Assembly: GCA_031393955.1 (NCBI GenBank)
Contig: JANMWI010000034.1
Coordinates: 433-64,432 of the forward strand
Direction of reading: 5' to 3'
Source: Acidobacteriota bacterium
GTDB lineage: Bacteria > Acidobacteriota > Vicinamibacteria > Vicinamibacterales > 2-12-FULL-66-21
Length of the DNA: 64,000 nucleotides
The position numbers and the translations under genes were made by a program. How positions within the stretch are numbered: the first letter of the stretch is position 1; the number at the start of each line of letters is the position of its first letter. Shown piece after piece: positions 29,201 through 32,417 of this stretch. Under the pieces are notes generated by a model. It was given only the letters and a program-made list of their open reading frames with translations, was not told the origin of the DNA and did no database searches.

Positions 29201-29673
29201 TCCGCGGGCCGATGGGCACCGGCGCCGCGCGCAGCGCGCTGCTGAGCGCCATCAACGACGGCCAGGCGCTCGTCGACTACGCCGGCCACGGCTCGGTCGA
29301 CACCTGGCAGGACAATCTGCTGACCGGCGCGGACGCGCCCGCCTTCACGAACGGCGCGCGGCTGCCGGTGTTCGTGATGATGGATTGCCTGAATGGCTTC
29401 TTCCAGGGCCTCTTCCCCGAGGAGAGTCTCGCCGAGGCGCTGATCAGGACCCCGTCCGGCGGCGCCGTCGCGGTGTGGGCGTCGTCCGGCTTCACCGATC
29501 CCGGCAACCAGGCGCCGCTCAACGCGGCCTTCGTCCGCGAGCTGTTCTCCGGCGCGGGCCCGACGCTTGGCGAAGCGATTGCGGTCGCCAAGCGCCAGGC
29601 CTCCGACCCCGACGTCCGCCGGACCTGGCTGTTGTTCGGCGACCCGGCGACGCGTCTCAAGGGACGGCCCTAG
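17245..29673 (+). CDS. Giant secreted/surface protein: Kelch repeats + 16 Ig-like repeats + FN3-like + C-terminal peptidase C25 (gingipain-type) domain
   Basis: Uninterrupted 12,429-nt ORF (4142 codons). It starts with a signal-like N-terminus (RRTRPFAACTAVALLVAAALALRADA). Kelch-type repeats (RTGHTATLLxDGRVLVAGG) lie at about 17380-18400. Tandem ~105-aa Ig-like repeats lie at about 19455-25312. Three copies of an unknown ~95-aa module lie at 25630-26490. An FN3-like segment (TGYDLRF...TTYYWQV) and an Ala/Pro-rich linker (about 27140-27650) follow. The C25 catalytic region carries His (VDYAGHGSVDTW) and Cys (VFVMMDCLNGFF) motifs. Confidence 0.85.
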   Translation: MAAVRRTRPFAACTAVALLVAAALALRADAPQVPSRTWAPTGDLAHGRSGAAATLLPDGRVLVSGGLDQSEVTASAERYSAASATFLQTPVMQEARTGHTATLLLNGRVLVAGGLGAAGHALASIERYDPVVNAWIGGAGLHRARTGHTATLTADGYLILAGGEDAGIPTDSVELYEPLSGGVYAIDAPLSAPRSGHAAVTLGDGRMLIIGGSDGAHALSSVDIIDPYGGTITAGPPLATPRTGHTATMLLDGRVLVAGGSDGMTALTSAEIYDPATNTFAPAGGTLSAAREGHLAILLPHNNAVLIVGGAAAGEAVPSAELFVPWQGVRGRFFPTAPPSLGRIQAAGAALSFPADLTRRSGPHDGLILLAGGRAAPAATDPLRGAELYGFATVTTDKADYAPNRTVTISGAGWQPGETVSLVITEAGGPHRFGPFLAVADGAGRFQTDQFSTDLHDFELKFYLTATGSVSQAQTSFTDAQNATTTTLSCAPHAVTGLPLNVATTCTATVTDTGSPLNGPPTGTVAWNVATGPAKGTFNGDPCTLTAASASTSTCSVTYTPTNNKNGSIQAAYTSDTTANWANSSSAYSSYTVIAPDGSGTMTMTPTTVTAGTTGGTYSLTFRAASDGTVGYRAGSTATIQIPAGWTAPQSGAAGSPGYVSITGGNCPTRSISAISGTGPWIVTVDIVCGSNDTFILSYAGGGTAVTAPTAAGTYTFATQTQNEGGPLTDLAASPTVTVNPGAATQLGFTTAPGGGTGGTAWTAQPVVAVQDTYGNTVASSSASITLTIGTNPAGGALTCTANPKTAVSAVATFAGCRIDSAGVGYILAATASGLTAATSPPFDITVGPAAKLAATTSPSNSTGGTAFTTQPVITVQDAGGNTVTASSASVTLAIGTNPASGTLGGTATVAAVNGVAVFSGLSIDKAGTGYTLTAASAGLTGATTSAFNVTVGAAVKLAYTTAPGGGTGGTAWAAQPVVAVQDAGGNTVTGSSASVALTIGTNPGGGALTCTSNPVTAVAGVAAFASCRIDLAGAGYTLVASSPGLTSATSAPLTISVGPAARLTFTTSPGGATGGVALGIQPVVTVQDAGGNTVTSSTASIALAIGTNPSAGTLSGTATVAAISGVATFSGLSIDKAGAGYTLTAASTGLTAGTSGSFNITVGPAVKVGFTTSPGSAAAGAAFSPQPVVVVQDAGGNSVTTSSASITLTIGTNPGGGTLSGTATLSAVNGVATFSGLSIDRSGTGYTLTAASAGLSGGTSAAFNITFAAASRVVFTTAPGGGTGGLAWAAQPVVTVQDAFGNTVTISTASVTLAIGANPGSGTLGGTATLNAVGGVATFSGLSIDKVGTGYTLTAASAGLTGATSATFNVTLGPAAKVAFTTQPASSTGATAFPTQPVVTVQDAGGNTVTGSTASVTLAIGTNPGSGTLAGTATVTALAGVATFTGLSIDKAGTGYTLTAASAGLTGGTSSAFNITVGAAVKVAITTNPGSSTGGVAFAPQPVVAVQDAGGNTVTTSSASITLAIGTNPSAGTLAGTVTLSAVSGVATFSGLSINKAGTGYTLTATSTGLTGATTAAFNITVGPATQLAFTTQPGGGTGGTAWATQPVVTVMDAGGNTVTASSASITLAIASNPGGGSLSCTANPKAATSGVDTFAGCQIDLAGTGYTLSASSAGLTSATSSAFNVTVGAAVKLGFTTSPVSSVAGAGFGAVVAVQDAGGNTVTSSTALISLAIGTNPGSGTLSGTVAGVATGGVATFSGLSIDKVGTGYTLTAASTGLTAGASGSFNITFAAAAKVVFTTQPGGGTGGTAWPTQPAVTVQDAFGNIVTTSTASITLAIGTNLSGGTLTCTANPKAAVSGVATFAACRIDFSGTGYTLTAASAGLTGATSSTFNVTVGPAAKLAFSTSPSNSTGGVAFGTQPSVTVQDAGGNTVTTSSASITLAIGTNPSSGTLAGTKTINAASGVATFSGLSIDKAGTGYTLTAASTGLTGATSGAFNITVGPAAKLAVTTGPGNSVAGAAFGTSPAVTVLDAGGNTVTTSSVSITLAIGTNPGSGTLSGTATVSAVNGVATFSGLSIDKAGTGYTLTAASSGLTGATSGTFNITFAAASQLVFTTQPGGGTSGAAWTTQPVVTVLDAFGNTVTNSTVSITLAIASNPGGGTLTCTANPKAAASGVDAFAGCRISKGGLAYTLTASSAGLTSATSTSFNLNDATTTTFSCAPFPTTGVELNASTTCTATVADTGATFGPPTGTVAFARAGGAGTISGSPCTLAAATASTSACAFTFTPTSGTSGTLTATYSSDNATNWASSASAAGGYTVIATDGSGTETVNITTATAGATGLSFAFTFTTAADGTTGYASGAQLTLVIPAGWTAPQTSSSAGAGYISLSNNTGGGGNCSNGTTINNISGTGPWTITVDILCGTNRIFKINYAAVTAPTAPAAYSFDAQTKNANGTFASVASSPVVTVGAGAASKLAFTSAPGTSTAGAAFGTQPVVVVQDQYGNTVTGSSASITLAIQNNPGGGTLSCTANPKAATSGVASFAGCSINKTGAGYTLSASSTGLTAATSASFTITPAAATVLAFTTQPAGAVVGAAFTTQPVVTSQDAYGNNSTVGLPSSLTLTMTIATGGGALAGTTTIDIGTAAANGVAAFSTLEIDTAQTNTLQAAVSGGVLTAATSGAFAVARGVTVTTTSNATANYGASNVTLIALVTAGNAAVNEGTVTFTVKDGVGTVIGTPVTSAIVSGGNAAATFALGATAAGRYSIFTTYNPAVSSPNFNASSGAAGTLTLTTSVMRVSSGAYTGDGISGSQIQLLGFVPDVVIVKGDAAQEPVFWTSTMTGGQAKPMSSGGAAATNLVQASMINGFTVGTDARVNTNGGSYYWTAFGAATGGLVVGTYTGNGSGQSVNSLGFQPDLVIVAGAGATTPVFRTSAISGAVSLTTGSALTTRITSLDANGFTVGTDAAVNTSGVVYHYAAWTTATGKVAVGAYAGSAAARNITGLGFGPQAAIVKSYDCTTAGVEHSSALGPAADASLPFDASGGIATARITTLQSNGFGLGTNGAVNGSGCNYAWMAFAGDAPTAVRMKSSSATRFDSGTFVEWATGFEADNLGFHVYREEDGVRVRVSDGLIAGSGLLMGPGASASASQTYGWWDLKRARDSKATYWLEDVDLNGSRTWHGPIAPADGATREPANRAQSSLLKQLGKRAPRAVTRPMPAGGNTAVTTAAILTWESTSGATGYDLRFDTVSEPSATITGLSEPSYAPPAMAPATTYYWQVVAHYPDEEVTGPVWAFTTAVPAASLQDAVGAALPGSGGMTAVTMAVAVPNAGVRSQPAAVALAPAVPEQAAAGASAVAPAAGPAVTSRAPVAAAAPMMPAAEAVIAAPAAQESASIPPRDASQAPAAAGERGAVQSATATSRWIADPPAPRNVRVLAPGIPLEAAPGGAPAETPVLSPAATQAAVAGGPSVKLSVTADGWYRVLLADLAAAGLAVDAPLQLSLDGVEQPIETVTDGVGGAAIEFYGMAADTPYSNARVYWVKGGGGPVRRVKRLPSGLGGAPAAASFPFTIEKKDRTIYFAALLNGDADNFFGDLVTSEAVDEAIAVRHLDPSGSDAVLEVTLQGVTEAGADANHLVDVQVNGVRAGQLSFSGRQRGSQSFTLAASSLRDGDNTVTLTARGGDEDVSLVDVIRLTYPHTYGAEGDRLRLSAAGQQAVSVGGFSGAAIRVIDITDPAAALEVVPAVTAEPAGFRVSFQAPGSGRRTLLVFTDGNVLTPASTAGNAPSHWRDAANAADYLVLAPGAFHGAVAPLKALRESQGLAVSVVDLEDVYDEFSFGQKRPDAIREFLVQASRTWRRAPRFVVLVGNATTDPRNYLGTNEPDYLPTKLVTTAVLETASDDWFADADGDGIAELAMIGRLPAQSADQAAAMVNKIVAYERADAAAWSKSVALVADASAPGDRDFAGSSAQLQRGIPAGYAVSNIFRGPMGTGAARSALLSAINDGQALVDYAGHGSVDTWQDNLLTGADAPAFTNGARLPVFVMMDCLNGFFQGLFPEESLAEALIRTPSGGAVAVWASSGFTDPGNQAPLNAAFVRELFSGAGPTLGEAIAVAKRQASDPDVRRTWLLFGDPATRLKGRP
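18679..19455 (+). repeat. Module M1 (Cys-containing Ig-like domain + IPAGWTAPQ domain), copy 1 of a two-copy intragenic duplication
   Basis: DAQNATTTTLSCAP...TCTATVTDTG...IQIPAGWTAPQS...ISGTGPWIVTVDIVCGSND is collinear with copy 2 at 23884-24655. Confidence 0.7.
19455..23883 (+). repeat. Array A: 14 tandem ~315-bp (about 105-aa) Ig-like coding repeats
   Basis: The repeated unit is QPVVTVQDAGGNTVTxSSASITLAIGTNPGxGTLxGTATVxAVxGVATFSGLSIDKAGTGYTLTAASxGLTGATSxAFNITVGPAAKLAFTTxPG. The period is also visible as a ladder of 101-104-aa antisense ORFs, clearest from 20667 to 23807. Confidence 0.9.
23884..24655 (+). repeat. Module M2, copy 2 of the intragenic duplication
   Basis: DATTTTFSCAP...TCTATVADTG...LVIPAGWTAPQT...ISGTGPWTITVDILCGTNR parallels 18679-19455. 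Confidence 0.7.
24655..25312 (+). repeat. Array B: 2 further Ig-like repeat units following M2
   Basis: Units begin at TQPVVVVQDQYGNTVTGSSASITLAIQNNPGGG and TQPVVTSQDAYGNNSTVG. Confidence 0.75.
25630..26490 (+). repeat. Three tandem copies of an unrecognised ~95-aa module
   Basis: The shared pattern is G-x-Y-[TA]-G ... LGF-x-P-[DQ]-x-x-IV ... [IT]-x-[ST]-[LMQ]-x-x-NGF-x-[VL]-GT-[DN]-x-x-VN-x-x-G-x-x-Y-x-[WYA]-x-A-[FW]. Examples are LGFVPDVVIVK..INGFTVGTDARVNTNGGSYYWTAF, LGFQPDLVIVA..ANGFTVGTDAAVNTSGVVYHYAAW and LGFGPQAAIVK..SNGFGLGTNGAVNGSGCNYAWMAF. Confidence 0.7.
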
Positions 29674-31301
29674 TCTAGCGAGTCAGGCCGGCGCCTGAAC
29701 CACTTCGGCGCGCCGCGGACAATCCGGTCCAGGTAGGCGAGCGGCAGCAGCCGCGCCGGCGATCCCGCATACCGCGCGCGCATGTACTGCCGCGACGGAA
29801 ACAGGTGCTCCCGCAGCAGTCTCGCGCGATCGCCCCAGCGCCCGACGGACGCCAGGTCGGCACGAACGACGTCGAGAAACCTGGCACGGCCGCCGATGAA
29901 GCGCGCGGCGGGCTCCATCGCCCCGGGTTGCCCGAGGTGGGCGAGGACCTCCGGCGGGAGCGCGGTTCCGAACCGGTCCTGCGCCAGCGCGAGGCCGCGC
30001 GCCGCCACGGCCCGCATCCGCGCCTGTCCGGCGCGATCGATGAAGCGCACGCACTCGTCGGCAGCCAGCCGGCCGGCGAGCAGGTGGATGTCCCACAGCC
30101 AGAGCAGGTCGGGTGCGTCGTGATGGTGGGCGACGCGATGGATGCAGGCGAGCAGCAAGGCGTCGGCGTCGCCGAGCGTCCGCGCCGCCGGTCCGACCGA
30201 CGGAACCGGCACCGACCGTCCCCAGGCGTCGGCAAACGGCAGCGCATCGCCGAAGGCGCGCGCGTCGGAGACGCGCCAGTGGAGATCGACGAAGTGGTTC
30301 AGTCCCTGGCTGTCGGCGCGCACGTAGTGGTACTGGGCGCGCGCCAGCTCGCCGTCCGGTTCCCGCATCCGCCGATAGCCGCACTGCGCGAGCGCGTCGG
30401 CGGCGCAGTCGAGCGATGCCCGGTCGATCAACAGGTCGACATCGCGGCTCGGCCGCAGGTGCGGCTCGGGGTAGAGCGTCGCGGCAAGGCCGGCCCCTTT
30501 CAGCAGCAGGAACTCGATCCCCGAGTCGGCAAACGACGCGCTAATCCGGCAGAGCTCCCGGTGGCGCAGCAGGTCCCGCAGCTGCGCGTCGGCGATGCGC
30601 TGCTCGGCCCGGCGGCGCAGATCCTCCGGCAGCGGACTGGCCGCTTCGAGCAGCCTCGCGGCGAACAGCACGTCCACATCGTCGGTTGCGGCGCACGCCC
30701 AGAGCGCCGCCGCGTCTGCAATCGTATCCGCCGTCAGGGGGCCGGTCAGCGCGCGGCAGAGACGACGCTGCGGCGGGTCGCCGAGCGGCGCGGCTGATGA
30801 GGGAGACGCAAGCGATTCGGGGTCGCGGTCCGGGCGGCGGAGGAGCGGTACGGCGAACCGGGCGGCGATGCCGGCGATTCGCCGCAGCCGGGCGCGTGCC
30901 CCCGAGACCGGGATGGCTCGCCCGTTACGGGTGACGGCGACCACCGTGGCGAGCAGGTCGCGCTCGTCGATCGGCGCGTCGCAGCCCCCCTTGCCATCGC
31001 CGCGCAGGACGAAGTCCCGGCGGCCGTCGGCACGGCGCCTGACCGCGACCACCCGATGGACCAGCAGGCCGCCCGGCCGGCGCGCCAGCACGATCCCGCC
31101 GCGCCGCACCGCCTCCGGACGGATCGGCGCGATCGTCACGACATCGCCGTGGCGGATCGCCGGCGCCATGCTGCTGCCCTCGGCGCGGAAGCGGACCGCG
31201 CCGCCGCGGGCGAGGAGCTCGACGCAGGTGTCGGCGAAGAGCGCCGGATCCGCACTCACGACCACCGGCGGCGGGCTCGCGGCATCGGCGGCGCGTGTCA
31301 T
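29670..31301 (-). CDS. Fusion protein: N-terminal S24/S26 (LexA/signal-peptidase-like) serine peptidase domain + C-terminal uncharacterised nucleotidyltransferase (NTP_transf_5-type)
   Basis: Trimmed from ORF 29670..31973 to ATG 31301 (MTRAADAAS...), which forms an ATGA overlap with the upstream gene. The peptidase motif is AEGSSMAPAIRHGDVVTIAP...VLRGDGKGGCDAP. The nucleotidyltransferase motif is IEFLLLKGAGLAATLYPEPHLRPSRDVDLLIDRASLDCAADALAQCGY...HFVDLHW. Confidence 0.7.
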   Translation of the reverse strand: MTRAADAASPPPVVVSADPALFADTCVELLARGGAVRFRAEGSSMAPAIRHGDVVTIAPIRPEAVRRGGIVLARRPGGLLVHRVVAVRRRADGRRDFVLRGDGKGGCDAPIDERDLLATVVAVTRNGRAIPVSGARARLRRIAGIAARFAVPLLRRPDRDPESLASPSSAAPLGDPPQRRLCRALTGPLTADTIADAAALWACAATDDVDVLFAARLLEAASPLPEDLRRRAEQRIADAQLRDLLRHRELCRISASFADSGIEFLLLKGAGLAATLYPEPHLRPSRDVDLLIDRASLDCAADALAQCGYRRMREPDGELARAQYHYVRADSQGLNHFVDLHWRVSDARAFGDALPFADAWGRSVPVPSVGPAARTLGDADALLLACIHRVAHHHDAPDLLWLWDIHLLAGRLAADECVRFIDRAGQARMRAVAARGLALAQDRFGTALPPEVLAHLGQPGAMEPAARFIGGRARFLDVVRADLASVGRWGDRARLLREHLFPSRQYMRARYAGSPARLLPLAYLDRIVRGAPKWFRRRPDSLD

Positions 31302-32182
31302 CCGCCACTCCGCACGAAATCCAGGACGCCTCGATCTGGCACGAACGCCAGCTCCGCGAACGGCACGCGCTCGCTGACGGCGGCGAGGAACGAGAGCGAG
31401 AAGTCGAGTCCGGCGCGGCTGTAGAACGGCGGGAACGACCGCGCCATCAGCTCGGCGACGACCGCGGTCCGGCCGAACGGGGCGGCGGCGTTTTGCGCCG
31501 CGTGGCGGAGCACGAAGCCGCGCGTCAGCCTGGTCCGGGTCGGCGACGCCAGCGGCTCGTCGCCGTGCCAGGGGGTGCCGTACATCCAGATCTCGTTGTC
31601 GGCCTGCCGCAGGATGACGCGGTCGTCGCTGAGCACGGTGACGCCAGGCTCCGCCTCCCACAGCGTCGCGATCGTCGTCTTGCCGGCGCCCGAATGGCCG
31701 GCGAACAGGTAGCCGGCGCCGCTCGCGTCGCGGACGGCGCAGCCGTGAATCTCGACGCCGCGGCCGAGCGCCAGCCAGTTGGTGATGAGCAGTTCGTCGA
31801 GCGGATACTCGAGGGGATAAATCGGGGCGGCGGTGTCGAAGTACGGGGCGTGGAGGTGGACGGTGCCGGCGGCGAAGTCCCGATCGAAGACCGCGACCTT
31901 GTAGGGCGCGGATCCGAACACCGGCGAGGTGAAGCTCCAGGTCAGCTGCGCGCCGGTGGCGTGCAGCCGCCACAGCCCGCCGGAGTCGAACAGCGGCGGC
32001 CCGGACGGTGCCGGCGGACGGCTCGCCCAGGTGGCCGAGATCCGGATGTCCGGCGCGCCGCCGTCGGCGAGGAAGCGTGACACCGCCGCCGGCACGGTCA
32101 GGCGAAGCCGATCGTCGGCGCTGGTGACGGCGGCGGTGATGCCGCCGATCGCCAGGCGCACCTCCGCGGGCTCCCCGCTCAC
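31298..32182 (-). CDS. HPr kinase/phosphorylase-related (HprK C-terminal-domain-like) P-loop protein
   Basis: GTG start 7 nt after the small ORF's stop. P-loop motif YLFAGHSGAGKTTIATLW. About 290 aa, the size typical of stand-alone HprK-related kinases found next to PqqD-like genes. Confidence 0.7.
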   Translation of the reverse strand: MSGEPAEVRLAIGGITAAVTSADDRLRLTVPAAVSRFLADGGAPDIRISATWASRPPAPSGPPLFDSGGLWRLHATGAQLTWSFTSPVFGSAPYKVAVFDRDFAAGTVHLHAPYFDTAAPIYPLEYPLDELLITNWLALGRGVEIHGCAVRDASGAGYLFAGHSGAGKTTIATLWEAEPGVTVLSDDRVILRQADNEIWMYGTPWHGDEPLASPTRTRLTRGFVLRHAAQNAAAPFGRTAVVAELMARSFPPFYSRAGLDFSLSFLAAVSERVPFAELAFVPDRGVLDFVRSGG

Positions 32183-32189
32183 GGCGCGC

Positions 32190-32369
32190 CTACGACGTCA
32201 GCGAACTGCACGCCGACGGCACGCTGCACTTCGCCTGGCCGGGGCCGGAAATCTTGCTGGTCTTGCAGGAGCCGAGCACGGCCTCTTCGGGCCGCAGCGA
32301 GACCTGTTTTATTTCCGGTTTGGCATACGGCTTCCTGCTGATCGTGTCCCGCTCGGTCGGTTCCTTCAC
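32190..32369 (-). CDS. Candidate RiPP precursor peptide (59 aa), not in the supplied ORF track
   Basis: Read by hand on the minus strand. GTG 32369 is preceded by AGGAGG (32380..32375) with a 5-nt spacer, and TAG ends the ORF at 32192..32190. The translation is MKEPTERDTISRKPYAKPEIKQVSLRPEEAVLGSCKTSKISGPGQAKCSVPSACSSLTS. 50 of 59 codons end in G/C. It lies 48 nt after the rSAM stop and 7 nt before the HprK-like start. Confidence 0.65.
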   Translation of the reverse strand: MKEPTERDTISRKPYAKPEIKQVSLRPEEAVLGSCKTSKISGPGQAKCSVPSACSSLTS

Positions 32370-32374
32370 TGTTG

Positions 32375-32380
32375 CCTCCT
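32375..32380 (-). promoter_or_regulatory. Shine-Dalgarno (AGGAGG) for the 59-codon ORF
   Basis: The plus strand reads cctcct at 32375-32380, 5 nt from GTG 32369. Confidence 0.6.
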
Positions 32381-32417
32381 GTCGCTCATCGAATCCGGCG
32401 GCGGTGCCGGGATCCTG

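Noticed and set aside
29675-30384. Alternative minus-strand frames (29675..30247 and 29683..30384) inside the nucleotidyltransferase gene.
   Set aside because: They lie out of frame with the motif-bearing translation (KGAGLAATLYPEPHLRPSRDVDLLI) and consist of Arg/Pro-rich sequence.
29670-31973. N-terminal extensions of track ORFs taken at face value. This one is 767 aa. Others are 1198..2754, 4591..5943, 6947..8254, 34088..35719, 35023..36651, 38682..39479, 42282..44063, 59920..61812 and 61428..63422.
   Set aside because: The extended parts are Arg-rich, overlap the upstream gene, and lack motifs. In each case an internal ATG or GTG sits exactly at a 1-4-nt overlap with, or a short gap from, the neighbouring gene and begins the recognisable domain.
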